From positions 1,536,001 through 1,600,000 of the forward strand of contig JBJBDL010000003.1 in the NCBI GenBank assembly GCA_047285305.1: 64,000 nt of DNA, written 5' to 3'. Shown here one piece after another: positions 37,852 to 48,376 of the stretch. How positions within the stretch are numbered: the stretch's first letter is position 1; every line of letters begins with the position of its first letter. This DNA comes from Synechococcus sp. (GTDB lineage: Bacteria; Cyanobacteriota; Cyanobacteriia; PCC-6307; Cyanobiaceae). A model generated the notes under the pieces. It was not told where the DNA came from. It did not search any database and saw nothing but the letters and a program-made list of their open reading frames with translations. The position numbers and the translations under genes were made by a program.

Positions 37852-40461
37852 GTGAACGCTGCCAACCCTGCCGTCGACGCCAGTGCCCAGACCGGTCGTT
37901 ATGACCCCACCGCGCTGGAGCAGCGCTGGCAGGAGAGTTGGAAGGCGGATGGGGTGGACACCACAGAAGAAGCTGTTGAGAAGCCCGGATTCTTTGCCCT
38001 GTCGATGTTCCCGTACCCCTCGGGAAGCCTGCACATGGGCCATGTGCGCAACTACGTGATCACCGATGTGATCGCCCGAGTACAACGCATGCGGGGCCAT
38101 GCGGTGCTGCATCCGATGGGCTGGGATGCCTTCGGACTCCCCGCTGAAAACGCGGCTATCGAACGCAATGTGGATCCCGGCGAGTGGACCGACCGCAACA
38201 TCGATCAGATGCGGGCGCAGCTGGATCGCCTTGGCCTTTCGATCGATTGGAGCCGCGAACAGGCGACCTGCCACAGCGACTACTACCGCTGGACCCAGTG
38301 GCTGTTCCTTGAACTGCTCGAAGGGGGGCTGGCCTATCGCAAGAACGCCACCGTCAACTGGGATCCCGTCGACCAGACCGTGCTGGCCAATGAGCAGGTG
38401 GATGGTGACGGCCGCTCCTGGCGCTCCGGAGCCCTGGTGGAACAACGCCAGCTGAATCAGTGGTTCCTGCGCATCACTGACTACGCCGAGCCGCTGCTCA
38501 ACGACCTGGACGCCCTCAAGGGCTGGCCGGAACGGGTGCGCACCATGCAGGCCAACTGGATCGGTCGCTCGGAAGGGGCGGAGATCAGCTTCAGCGTTGA
38601 GGGAGCACAAGATCAGACGATCACCGTGTTCACCACCCGACCCGACACCCTCGCGGGGGCGAGCTACGTGGTGCTGGCACCGGAAAACGAGCTGGTGGAC
38701 AGCCTCACCAGCGCTCAACAGAAGGGCACGGTGGAGGCCTTCCGCAAGGAGGTGGCTCGTCTCAGCACGATTGAACGCACCAGCGATGACAGGCCCAAAC
38801 GGGGGGTGCCCATCGGCAGTCATGTGATCAACCCCCTGACGGGGGCGGTGCTGCCGGTGTGGATCGCCGACTACGTGCTGGCCGAATACGGCACGGGCGC
38901 CGTGATGGGCGTGCCGGCCCACGACCAACGCGACATCGCCTTTGCGCAGTCGAACGGTCTGCCGATCCAGCAGGTGATCGACGCCGAAGGAGCTGCTGAA
39001 GCCATCGCGGCCGGTCAGGCCTGGATGGATGCCGGAACACTGATCAACTCCGGCAGCTTCGATGGCACGGCCTCCAGCGAAGCCAAGGGCGCCATCACCG
39101 GCCACGGCGCCGAGCAGGGCTGGGCACGGAGCAAGGTCACCTATCGCCTGCGCGACTGGCTGATCTCACGCCAGCGCTACTGGGGCTGCCCCATTCCCGT
39201 CATCCACTGCGATGACTGCGGTGCTGTTCCGGTGCCCCGCGAGGACCTTCCGGTGGAGCTGCCCCGGGGCATTGATCTCTCTGGCAAGGGCGGTTCGCCC
39301 CTGAGCCAGCAGAGCGACTGGGTGAATGTGGCCTGCCCCTGCTGCGGCAAGCCGGCCAAGCGGGAAACAGACACCATGGACACCTTCATGTGTTCCTCCT
39401 GGTATTTCCTGCGCTTCGCCGATCCCCACAACACCGAGAAACCCTTCAGCAAGGAGGCGGTGAACCGCTGGTTGCCGGTGAAGCAATACGTGGGCGGCAT
39501 CGAACACGCGATCCTGCACCTGCTCTACGCCCGTTTCTTCACCAAGGCGCTGAAGGATCGCGGCCTGGTCGACATCAACGAACCGTTTGAACGGCTCCTC
39601 ACCCAGGGCATGGTGCAGGGAATCACCTACCGCAATGCGACAACCGGCAAGTACATCGCTCCAGCGGACGTGGCAGATCCCGAAAATCCCCGGGACCCCA
39701 ACACGGGCGACAAGCTTGAGGTGTTGTTCGAGAAGATGTCGAAGTCGAAGTACAACGGCGTTGATCCCGCGGCGGTGATCGACCGCTACGGCGCAGACAC
39801 AGCCCGCATGTTCATCCTGTTCAAAGCACCGCCGGAGAAGGATCTGGAGTGGGATGACGCCGATGTGGAGGGCCAGTTCCGCTTCCTGCAACGGCTTTGG
39901 CGCCTTGTTGAGGCCGGTGCTGCCCGCATCGACTCACTCGAGCCGATGCAACGGCCAGCCGATCTGAGCGATGCCGACAGCGACGTACGTCGGGCGCTGC
40001 ACCTGGCCATCGAAGCCGTCAGCGAGGACCTCAGCGACGAGATCCAACTGAACACGGCCATCTCCGAGCTGATGAAGCTCTCCAATGCCATCAGCTCCAC
40101 GGGCATCGAGGCCCTGAGTACACCTGTGTTGCAGGAAGCTCTTTCCGGACTGGTTCGCCTGCTGGCTCCGTTCGCGCCTCATCTGGCGGAGGAGTTCTGG
40201 AGCCGTCTGGGGGGAAGCGGCAGCGTGCACCGTCAAAGCTGGCCGGTTCTGGATCCAACGGCACTGGTGCAGGACAGCGTTGAAGTGGTGATCCAGGTGA
40301 AGGGCAAGGTGCGGGGCAAGCTGCAGGTTCCGGCCTCCGCCGGCAAGGAGGAGCTGGAACGGCTCGCCCTGGCCAGTGATGTGGCCGAAAAATGGTTGGA
40401 GGGCGCAGCCCCCCGTCGGGTGATCGTGGTCCCCGGAAAACTGGTGAACCTGGTGCCCTGA
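37852..40461 (+). CDS. leuS: Leucine-tRNA ligase
   Basis: [13 protein letters not shown] (HIGH motif), [15 protein letters not shown] and KMSKSK; start 37834 or 37852. Confidence 0.98.
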   Translation: MNAANPAVDASAQTGRYDPTALEQRWQESWKADGVDTTEEAVEKPGFFALSMFPYPSGSLHMGHVRNYVITDVIARVQRMRGHAVLHPMGWDAFGLPAENAAIERNVDPGEWTDRNIDQMRAQLDRLGLSIDWSREQATCHSDYYRWTQWLFLELLEGGLAYRKNATVNWDPVDQTVLANEQVDGDGRSWRSGALVEQRQLNQWFLRITDYAEPLLNDLDALKGWPERVRTMQANWIGRSEGAEISFSVEGAQDQTITVFTTRPDTLAGASYVVLAPENELVDSLTSAQQKGTVEAFRKEVARLSTIERTSDDRPKRGVPIGSHVINPLTGAVLPVWIADYVLAEYGTGAVMGVPAHDQRDIAFAQSNGLPIQQVIDAEGAAEAIAAGQAWMDAGTLINSGSFDGTASSEAKGAITGHGAEQGWARSKVTYRLRDWLISRQRYWGCPIPVIHCDDCGAVPVPREDLPVELPRGIDLSGKGGSPLSQQSDWVNVACPCCGKPAKRETDTMDTFMCSSWYFLRFADPHNTEKPFSKEAVNRWLPVKQYVGGIEHAILHLLYARFFTKALKDRGLVDINEPFERLLTQGMVQGITYRNATTGKYIAPADVADPENPRDPNTGDKLEVLFEKMSKSKYNGVDPAAVIDRYGADTARMFILFKAPPEKDLEWDDADVEGQFRFLQRLWRLVEAGAARIDSLEPMQRPADLSDADSDVRRALHLAIEAVSEDLSDEIQLNTAISELMKLSNAISSTGIEALSTPVLQEALSGLVRLLAPFAPHLAEEFWSRLGGSGSVHRQSWPVLDPTALVQDSVEVVIQVKGKVRGKLQVPASAGKEELERLALASDVAEKWLEGAAPRRVIVVPGKLVNLVP

Positions 40462-40473
40462 TCCCAGGCGGGA

Positions 40474-42072
40474 TCAGCCTTTGCTGAAGCGCATCGAGGC
40501 GGGCTGGCTCCAGTCGCCCTGGGCACTGAAGCCGCGCTGGTTGCCGGTGAGGTGACGCAGAATCCAAAAGATCGATTCATCGGTGCCATCCCCGAGGGCC
40601 AGGCGAATTTCATCGGCGGAGCGGGCCACACCGTCGGCCAGGATCGCCTCTACACGGCCTTGAAGGTCGAGAATCGCTGCCGCTGCCTTCTTGCCGGCTT
40701 CCACGCCGGGCTGGTGGTAGGCGTTGATGTTCACCAATTCGCCGTAGAGACCGACGGCACGCTCGAACAATGCGATCAAAGCGCCGAGACGGCGTGCATC
40801 AAAGAGGCGCATGCTGATCGTCATGCTCTGGCGGCCACCCTCGGTAAGGGCTGAGCGGGTGCCCTGCAGGAAACCATCGAGGAAGTCGCCGGGGCATTCC
40901 CCGCCAAGCGTGGGGATATCGCTCACGTCTTCGAGCACCTCGATGAAGGTGGCGAAGAAATTGTCGACACCGTCGCGCAGCTGCTGCACGTAGGCGTGTT
41001 GGTCGGTGGAGCCTTTGTTGCCGTAAACAGCGATGCCCTGATGCACCACGTCACCGTTGCGATCCAGGCGCTTGCCCAGGGATTCCATCACCAGCTGCTG
41101 GAGGTAACGGCTGAACACCTCCAGACGATCGCGGTAGGGCAGAACAACCATGTCGCGCTGACCGCGACCACCACCAGCCACGTACCAGGAAGCGGCCATC
41201 AGGGCGGCTGGATTGCGGCGCAGATCCGCGGCGCGGGTGGCGGCATCCATCTGAGAGGCGCCGGTGAGGAAATCGCGGATGTCACAGCCAATCAAGGCAC
41301 CGGGCAGCAGACCGACAGCACTGGTGATGCTGGTGCGCCCCCCCACCCAATCGAACATGTCGAAGCGCTTGAGCCAAGCTTCCTTCTGGGCCTGCTGATC
41401 CAGCTTGCTGTCGAGCATCGTCACGGCAACGGCCTGGCCGGCCCACTGGCCCCCAGCGGCCTCGAGGCGATGGCGAGCCTGCTCCATGCCGAGATGGGGT
41501 TCGGGCGTCCCCCCCGACTTGCTCACCGTCACCACCAGGGTGCGGTCGAGACGACCCTCCAACCCCGCCAGGACGTTGCTCATCCCATTGGGATCGACGT
41601 TGTCGAAGAAATGAAACGGAAGCCCCTCGCCCGGGTTCTGCAGAGCCTTGATCATCAAGGCGGGTCCCAGACCACTGCCGCCGATGCCGATCCAGAGCAC
41701 ATCTGTGAAGGCTTCGCCGTTGGGGGCCTTAATCGTTCCGTTGATCACATCGCGCCCAAAGGCTGCGATGAGATCAATTTCCCTGGAGATGTGCTGTTGC
41801 AGCTCTGACGAAGGAGCGAGTTCAGGGGTACGCAGCCAGTAATGACCCACCTGGCGCTGCTCATCGGGATTGGCGATGGCGCCGGCTTCCAACTCCTGCA
41901 TCGCTGCGAAAGCCTTGTCCATTCGCGGCTGCAGTTGCTGCAGATCGCTCGCGTTCACGTACATCCGGCTGATGTCGAGCCAGATGCCCAGATCATCGTG
42001 ATACCAGTTGAGATCGCAGAACCTCTGCCACTGAATATGAGCGTCGGAAGCGTTGAAATCCGGAAAGCTCAT
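40474..42072 (-). CDS. pgi: Glucose-6-phosphate isomerase
   Basis: IGIGGSGLGP, SKSGGTPE, DWVGGRTS, QQLVMESLGK and YHQPGVEAGK. Confidence 0.97.
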   Translation of the reverse strand: MSFPDFNASDAHIQWQRFCDLNWYHDDLGIWLDISRMYVNASDLQQLQPRMDKAFAAMQELEAGAIANPDEQRQVGHYWLRTPELAPSSELQQHISREIDLIAAFGRDVINGTIKAPNGEAFTDVLWIGIGGSGLGPALMIKALQNPGEGLPFHFFDNVDPNGMSNVLAGLEGRLDRTLVVTVSKSGGTPEPHLGMEQARHRLEAAGGQWAGQAVAVTMLDSKLDQQAQKEAWLKRFDMFDWVGGRTSITSAVGLLPGALIGCDIRDFLTGASQMDAATRAADLRRNPAALMAASWYVAGGGRGQRDMVVLPYRDRLEVFSRYLQQLVMESLGKRLDRNGDVVHQGIAVYGNKGSTDQHAYVQQLRDGVDNFFATFIEVLEDVSDIPTLGGECPGDFLDGFLQGTRSALTEGGRQSMTISMRLFDARRLGALIALFERAVGLYGELVNINAYHQPGVEAGKKAAAAILDLQGRVEAILADGVARSADEIRLALGDGTDESIFWILRHLTGNQRGFSAQGDWSQPASMRFSKG

Positions 42073-42204
42073 GCCGGGTGGACGGTGCAGACCTGCCGAA
42101 CGTATCCAGAATCTGACGGGATGCCCGCATAAGAGGACACCACAGGTAGTTTCATGTCATCTTCCGCTGACCCCATTTCCATCCCCCATGGCTGAGCCAT
42201 TGCG

Positions 42205-42958
42205 ATGGACACAGCTCTCTTGGTGACAGCAGCGAGCCTGTACCTGGTTGGCCAGTGGTCACAGCCGGTCCCTGAGCTTGGGGATCAGCGCCTCTTGTCG
42301 TGGAGCAAAGGCTAGAGCTAGAGCCCACTCACTTCTCACCCGAAGAACTGAAGCTGCTGCAACGGCGCTCCGGGGTGCACAGCCCCCAGACGCAGCTGGC
42401 CCAGGTGTTCACCAGCGGTGTTGATCAGCTCCAAGCGCTGCGCGCATCAACCCTGGATCGCATTCGCGTGCTGAAGCCGGTGATCCTGCGCCAAACAGCG
42501 GCGCATCACGTGAATTCGATGCTGATCACCGCCTTTCATTTCGACGAAATTCAGCAATGCAAGCCGGGGGAGAACCTCCGCTTCATCGTTCTGGCCTGGT
42601 TAAGAACCACGTCCCGGCCCAGATCAGCCTCTCGGAACTGATCCATCAGAACCGGCTGCCGGCCGAACCCAACGCATGAGCAGATCACCTGGGCCCGCAA
42701 TCAATTTCTGGAACCCGAGATCAACATCACCCTGCTGGCGGCGAAGTTTCAACGGCTGAAGCTGGCCCTTGGTCTGCCGGAGAGCTTGATGCTGCAGGCG
42801 AGTCGATCTTCCCTAGACGCCAAGGCGATTGCGACCCTCACCTGCCTCTACAACAAATAATTGGATGACCCAGCACGGGAGTTGGGCTAACGCACGACCC
42901 TGAAGTGCATGGGTTGATTTACTGCGGTCGCAAACCGAATCCCGACATCACGGTTTAA
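42205..42958 (+). pseudogene. Multiply frameshifted membrane-anchored hypothetical protein
   Basis: Protein-like segments in alternating frames: MDTALLVTAASLYLVGQW / EPTHFSPEELKLLQRR..FDEIQQCKPGE / PAQISLSELIHQNRLP / EQITWARNQFLEPEINITLLAAKFQRLK..AIATLTCLYNK*. Confidence 0.65.
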
Positions 42959-43382
42959 AACTCCATGTCTAGGGCTTGTCTACGTGAACGGGCCAACCCA
43001 AACCATCATCGCCACATCCAGCAGCTGAGGTATTTAAGCCGCTCAGCATCTCCCCCATCTAGGGGATGTTGAAGTCCCCCTGGCTGTTGAAACATCGATC
43101 CAGATCGGCAGATCGATGAAGCAGCTCCTGTACCTGCTAAGTGGCAGCGCAGTGCAGAGTCGCCAGGGATTTCTATGGCTGCGTCAGGGCCTTCACCACT
43201 CCGGTCCGACGTTCCGATGACATTGTCCCTCTTGCCGGGGCAATGGGGAAGGTGGCTGCAGGTCTGATCTCCAGCCCGACCTACCGCAACGCACCAACGA
43301 ACGTCTCGAGGGGGCATGATCCGGTTGGTTTTGTTCAAGGGATCCTGCAGGGTGACCTTCGCTGAGCCGAAGGAGGCCCAAA

Positions 43383-43622
43383 TCACTTGTGACAGCTCGC
43401 CCGAAACCGATCGGAGCGGCTGGTGGCGGCGTGTTTTGTTTTGCGGCCGCTCACCCGTTTGCGCCAGAGCTTGAACGATGACGCTTTCATCTGTTGCCGC
43501 ATCACTGCGATCACCTGCGGCTCGGAGAGTCCGAATTGAAACTCAATCGCCTCGAAGGGCGTTCGGTCTTCCCAGGCCATTTCAATGATGCGATCGAGAT
43601 CCTCGCTGGGGAGCCTTGTCAC
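43383..43622 (-). CDS. TIGR03643 / DUF2805 family protein
   Basis: RIIEMAWEDRTPFEAIEFQFGLSE..SFKLWRKRVSGRKTKH. Confidence 0.9.
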   Translation of the reverse strand: MTRLPSEDLDRIIEMAWEDRTPFEAIEFQFGLSEPQVIAVMRQQMKASSFKLWRKRVSGRKTKHAATSRSDRFRASCHK

Positions 43623-43659
43623 TGATGCTGTGCCCTTAGATGTGAACGCTAACGACGTA

Positions 43660-44547
43660 TCAGGTCACGCAGAGGTCGCCGAGGGCCGCCAGCCGGGTCT
43701 GAAGTTTCGACCAGTCAAAACTGCGGGGATCATCCCGTTCTCCGCCCAGATCCACATGGCGATGGGTGGTGATCGCCGCTGGCGGCAGATTGAAGGAACG
43801 GATCCAACCAGATAACACCAAGGCCAGCGCGTCGTATTGCTTGGAGGTGTAGCCAACGTGGGAACGGTTGGCATTCGCGCCTGATGGTGGTGTCTCCAAG
43901 CTCAGATGCAGAGCAAAGTTGTTGACGGAACCCTTGAGCTTCTTGTTGGTTATCGCCCACTCCCCCAGAAAGGCCGAAAAACCTGCGCCATAGGCCCTGC
44001 TCAAGGGATCCACCAGATCCAGAACGCGTCCGTCCTGGCCCACCAAGGTGTGATAACTCATCTGATCTTCATTGCGGGAGTGGGGCGTCATGAAGGTGTT
44101 CAGAGCGGAGCTCAAGGAGTAGACGGTTTCGTGCAGCACCACCAGCCTCGGGGTGGCATCGATCACACGGCCGTAGGCGTCCTTGTCGTAGCGCTCACCA
44201 AAATTGGTGGGATCGATCTTCACGAACACCCGCCAGGAACTCGAGCGGGCATCGAGCTGGTTCAAACGCGAACGCAAAGCTCTGTCCTCACCCGAACACT
44301 GCCGGGCGAGGGGCGAACGCCAAGAGCGCGCCTTCGGCGGTAGCGGCACCGAAGCGGAGGGGTTGTCCTCCCGTTGGCGACCACGCTCCATCCCCACAGA
44401 AGAGAGCTTCCCTTGCTCCATCAACGACCAGCTGGTCAGCCCCAGAGCCAACGTCCCCGCTGCAGCAACGCCGATGGCGAGCGGGCGGTGCTGTTCAACG
44501 CGGTTCCACACACCGGTGCAGAAACGGCTTAGACGATCTCGAACCAT
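43660..44547 (-). CDS. N-acetylmuramoyl-L-alanine amidase (Amidase_2 / PGRP-like)
   Basis: VVLHET, SYHTLV, RAYGAG, VNNFALHLSLET, ITTHRHVD and DPRSFDW; start 44511 or 44547. Confidence 0.82.
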   Translation of the reverse strand: MVRDRLSRFCTGVWNRVEQHRPLAIGVAAAGTLALGLTSWSLMEQGKLSSVGMERGRQREDNPSASVPLPPKARSWRSPLARQCSGEDRALRSRLNQLDARSSSWRVFVKIDPTNFGERYDKDAYGRVIDATPRLVVLHETVYSLSSALNTFMTPHSRNEDQMSYHTLVGQDGRVLDLVDPLSRAYGAGFSAFLGEWAITNKKLKGSVNNFALHLSLETPPSGANANRSHVGYTSKQYDALALVLSGWIRSFNLPPAAITTHRHVDLGGERDDPRSFDWSKLQTRLAALGDLCVT

Positions 44548-46226
44548 CGATCCCGCAGCTGCCGTTGTTCCGTTGTGCACCCAGGATCCCAATCCAACGT
44601 CCAATGGTCCACACCCGCATCAGGGAAGAGCTGGGTCTCCTTGAGCAGGCTGCGTCGTGAATAGGTGACGCGCACACACTCCTGCTTCTCAAGCAGAACT
44701 GCGAGGTCACTGCTGCGACGCACCCGGTAGCCATTGATCGCCAACAGCTCATCACCCACCACAAGCCCTGCCTGTTGCCCGGGACTATCTCGCCGCACCC
44801 GCTGAATCAAAGCGGCGCCCTCAGCATCCTTGAGGGTGAGTCCATGATCGGGATGCTTGAGCGGCACAGGGTCCATACGCAGCCCCAGAGCCTTCACGCA
44901 ATCAAGCAGGGGAACGGCCTCGGGCTGGTCAAGCCATTGATCCAGATCCGAGGCAAGATCGCGATCCCATCGAGCCACTGCCGCCTTGATGTGATCACGG
45001 CTGTAGCCACGGGCCTGACGGCCGGGGCCTTGCCACAACTCCCGCAGGATCGCGGCCATGGAATGGCCGCGCTGCCGCAGGCGCACGTCAAGGCAGAAGG
45101 CCACCGCTGCACCGAGGCGGTAGTAGCTGATCTGGCTGTCCCGCGAGGCTGGCGTGGCTTTGTAGAGCTTGATCCACGCTTCACGGGCACTGGCCGCCAA
45201 CGACTGGATCGAGCAACCGGGTGACATCAGCACGCTGGACAGCTCCTCCCCCAGATCCTTGAGCAGAGTCGGTCGATCCGAACAGCCCGCCAACAGGGGC
45301 AGGCTGAGGTCGAAGTAGCTGGTGATTCCCTCGGCAAACCAGAGGCCTTCGGTGATCACCGCCTGCCCGTAGTCGTAGGGGCGAAGCTCAACGGGCCGCA
45401 GCCGCCGCACATTCCACTGGTGCAGGTATTCATGGCCGATCAGCTGCAACAGCTGCCGGTACCCCTTGGGCTTAGCCAGAGCCGACCAGCTGAACTGCAG
45501 CACAGCACTGTGGTCGTGTTCGAGGCCGCCGTAACCCTGATCAAGCAGTTGCAGCACAAGCTGGTAGCGGTCCCCCGCCGGGGGAGGGGTTCCCAGCAAG
45601 CGACAGGTGGCACTGCACACCTTTTCGATGTCGCTGATGAAGTTCGGCGGCCAACCCATCGGTGGCGTTCCGATCAGCAACAGCTCATGGGTCTTGCCCT
45701 CCACCATGAAGGGTTCTGCCTGAAAAGGCCCCGCGTGCAGCGGGCTGTCCACGAGGGCATCGAAATCGGCAGCGACCCAGCCCTCAGCGCTTGCCTCCAG
45801 CGGCAGATGCACACTCCAGTGCTCCGGAGCCGTGACGGCAACGTGGTGTGGTGACCAGCGGCAGCCGTCGATGTCCATCGCCACAGCAGCGAGGCAGAGC
45901 GACGCGAAATCAGGATCCAGCAACCCGGTGCGGACAGTGAGATCCCGGGCTTCCAGCTGATAGTTGAGCGTGAGCGGGCTCAGATCCGGCAGATCACAGA
46001 GCCACTGGTGCGGCGCCATGCGACGCACCGGCAGCTCCTCGTCATTGGCCAGCAGCTGCAGGCTATGCAAGTGCTGGGCGTGATCACGAACCGTGTACGA
46101 CCCCGGTGTCCACACCGGCAGTTGGAAGGTCTGGCGTTGTGTCTGCGGTGTCCACTGGATGGAGACCGCGATGGTCTGTGTTTCGGGATGGCTCAGATCG
46201 AGCCGGATCTGAACCGGTTCGAACAC
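44529..46226 (-). CDS. M61 family metallopeptidase with PDZ domain
   Basis: PVWTPGSY, GGLEH, HEYLHQWNVRR, WFAEGITSY and PDZ SPGQQAGLVVGDELLAING. Confidence 0.92.
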   Translation of the reverse strand: MFEPVQIRLDLSHPETQTIAVSIQWTPQTQRQTFQLPVWTPGSYTVRDHAQHLHSLQLLANDEELPVRRMAPHQWLCDLPDLSPLTLNYQLEARDLTVRTGLLDPDFASLCLAAVAMDIDGCRWSPHHVAVTAPEHWSVHLPLEASAEGWVAADFDALVDSPLHAGPFQAEPFMVEGKTHELLLIGTPPMGWPPNFISDIEKVCSATCRLLGTPPPAGDRYQLVLQLLDQGYGGLEHDHSAVLQFSWSALAKPKGYRQLLQLIGHEYLHQWNVRRLRPVELRPYDYGQAVITEGLWFAEGITSYFDLSLPLLAGCSDRPTLLKDLGEELSSVLMSPGCSIQSLAASAREAWIKLYKATPASRDSQISYYRLGAAVAFCLDVRLRQRGHSMAAILRELWQGPGRQARGYSRDHIKAAVARWDRDLASDLDQWLDQPEAVPLLDCVKALGLRMDPVPLKHPDHGLTLKDAEGAALIQRVRRDSPGQQAGLVVGDELLAINGYRVRRSSDLAVLLEKQECVRVTYSRRSLLKETQLFPDAGVDHWTLDWDPGCTTEQRQLRDRWFEIV

Positions 46227-46227
46227 G

Positions 46228-46578
46228 TCAGTTGGTCTGCAGGATCAGCTCAGCGGAACCCACACCACCAAGGCGCACCTCGTCCATGGCGTGGAGCAGG
46301 GCGTAGCGACGGGTCACCCGTTGCAGGCGCTGTTCAAGCCCGGGGTGGCGGCTGATGCGTTGGATGTCGCCATGCATCACGATTGTTCCGTCCACCCGCT
46401 GGGTCCAGCCCAGGGGCATGGCTGAGCCCTGAAACGCGAGCACATCAACGGCATGGGAGTCGTCCGCGAAACCCTGCAATTCGTTCGAACGCTCCACCGT
46501 GAAGCCCTCATCGCACAGGGCCTGAACCAGACGCTCAAGGTCGGTGAAGACAGTCGGCAGGATGGAGAGATGGGACAT
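46228..46578 (-). CDS. DUF1257 (Ycf35-like) protein
   Basis: MSHLSILPT..LVQAL..LQRVTRRYA. Confidence 0.8.
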   Translation of the reverse strand: MSHLSILPTVFTDLERLVQALCDEGFTVERSNELQGFADDSHAVDVLAFQGSAMPLGWTQRVDGTIVMHGDIQRISRHPGLEQRLQRVTRRYALLHAMDEVRLGGVGSAELILQTN

Positions 46579-47211
46579 GGACCGAACCCCGCTTTGACAG
46601 ACCCTAGCCACAACAATCGAGCTGACCAGGCCCCGCTGCAGCTGGGGGTGATGGCATCCGGAAGCGGCAGCAACTTCGAGTCCCTGGCCCAGGCCATTCA
46701 GGCAGGGACTCTCAACGCGCGGATCCAGCGGCTGGTGGTGAACAATCCGGGCTGTGGTGCCCAGCAGCGGGCGGAGCGTCTCGGCATTCCGGTGTCGGTG
46801 CTTGACCATCGCCTGATCAAGGACCGGCGCGAGCTGGACGGCGAACTGGTGCGCCTGTTCCGCGCCGACCAGGTGGAACTGGTGGTGATGGCAGGGTGGA
46901 TGCGGATCGTCACCGAAGTGCTGGTCAGCGGCTATGCCGATCGCCTGATCAACATCCACCCCTCACTGCTGCCCAGCTTCCGTGGCCTGGATGCCATCGG
47001 GCAGGCCCTGCAGGCCGGGGTGAAGGTCACCGGCTGCACGGTCCACATCGTCACCGAGGAACTGGATGCCGGTCCAATCCTGGCCCAGGCCGCTGTTCCC
47101 GTTCTCGATGGGGATGACCACGCCAGGCTCGCCAAACGGATTCAGGAGCAGGAACACCTGCTCCTGCCCAGGGCACTGGCTGAGCTGAAGCCCACCTGGC
47201 GTCAGGGATAG
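46570..47211 (+). CDS. purN: Phosphoribosylglycinamide formyltransferase
   Basis: MASGSGSNF, MAGWMRI, INIHPSLLPSF and GCTVHIVTEELDAGPI; start approximate. Confidence 0.95.
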   Translation: MGHGPNPALTDPSHNNRADQAPLQLGVMASGSGSNFESLAQAIQAGTLNARIQRLVVNNPGCGAQQRAERLGIPVSVLDHRLIKDRRELDGELVRLFRADQVELVVMAGWMRIVTEVLVSGYADRLINIHPSLLPSFRGLDAIGQALQAGVKVTGCTVHIVTEELDAGPILAQAAVPVLDGDDHARLAKRIQEQEHLLLPRALAELKPTWRQG

Positions 47212-48275
47212 AACGACTGCAGGGGCAGCCCCGTCTCCGGAGCGAGGCCCGCCATCAGGTTCAGGCACTGCACGCCCTGCCCGGCCTGACCCTTGATCAG
47301 GTTGTCGATGGCACTCATCAACACCAGCTGGCCGGTGCGGGTGTCCACCTGAACCGACAGCAGAGCACGGTTGGTGTGGCGCGCCCACTTGGTGGCGGGA
47401 TAGGTGCCCACCGGCAGAACCTGAACGCAGGGGTGGTGGCGGTAGATCGCCTCCAGAACCGTGGTGCAATCCTCGGCGGTGAGACCGGGGTCGCGCAGGC
47501 GGGCATACACCGTGGACAGCAGACCACGCACCATCGGCACCAGATGCGGCGTGAACTGAAGCCGCACCTCCTGGCCAGCCACCTCCATCGCCATCTGCTC
47601 GATCTCAGACGTGTGGCGATGGCCGATCACGCCGTAGGGCGCGATGGATTCCGAGGCCTCCGCCAGCAGCATCGCCTCCTTCGGCACGCGCCCTCCGCCG
47701 GAGGTGCCCGTCTTGGCATCAATGATGATGCCGCTGGTCTCGATCAGGCCCTGCTTGAGGAACGGCAGCAAGGGCAGCAGGCTGGCGGTGGGGAAGCAAC
47801 CCGGAGCAGCAACAAGCTTCGCGTCAGCGATGGCAGGGCCGTTCCATTCCGGCAGGCCGTAGACGGCACTGCTGCAGAGTTCAGCGTCCTGACGGTTGAG
47901 GGAGCCGGCCTCCTTGGCGTACACCTGCAGCCACTGCTCTAGGGAGCGATAGCGGAAGTCGGCGGAGAGGTCCACCACCCGCACACCCCGCTCCAGCAGT
48001 TGCGGTGCCAACTGACAGGCCAGGCCGTTGGGGAGGCTCAGAACAGCAAAATCGGAACAGGCCGCAATCCGATCCGGATCCGCTGATTCCACCGTTGGGT
48101 CATCCGGCAGGGGCAGGAAGGAGCAGACGGAGCTCCAGCGTTGACCAGCACTGCGTTCACCGCCAAGAAAACTCACAGACAGGCCGGGGTGGCCCTGAAG
48201 CAGACGGATGGTCTGCAGGCCGCCGTAGCCGGAGGCGCCGATCACAGCAACCCGTCCGCCCTTCACCGTTGCCAT
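47202..48275 (-). CDS. argC: N-acetyl-gamma-glutamyl-phosphate reductase
   Basis: GASGYGG, DLSADFR, YGLPE, PGCFPTA and IDNLIKGQAGQ. Confidence 0.96.
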   Translation of the reverse strand: MATVKGGRVAVIGASGYGGLQTIRLLQGHPGLSVSFLGGERSAGQRWSSVCSFLPLPDDPTVESADPDRIAACSDFAVLSLPNGLACQLAPQLLERGVRVVDLSADFRYRSLEQWLQVYAKEAGSLNRQDAELCSSAVYGLPEWNGPAIADAKLVAAPGCFPTASLLPLLPFLKQGLIETSGIIIDAKTGTSGGGRVPKEAMLLAEASESIAPYGVIGHRHTSEIEQMAMEVAGQEVRLQFTPHLVPMVRGLLSTVYARLRDPGLTAEDCTTVLEAIYRHHPCVQVLPVGTYPATKWARHTNRALLSVQVDTRTGQLVLMSAIDNLIKGQAGQGVQCLNLMAGLAPETGLPLQSFYP

Positions 48276-48376
48276 CGCTTCAACCGCCGACGTTGTCCTG
48301 CCTGCCATTGAACCAACCAGCCAACGGTCGATCGTACAGAGATCAATAATGAAGTCATCTCCCGGCGACCAGGCTC

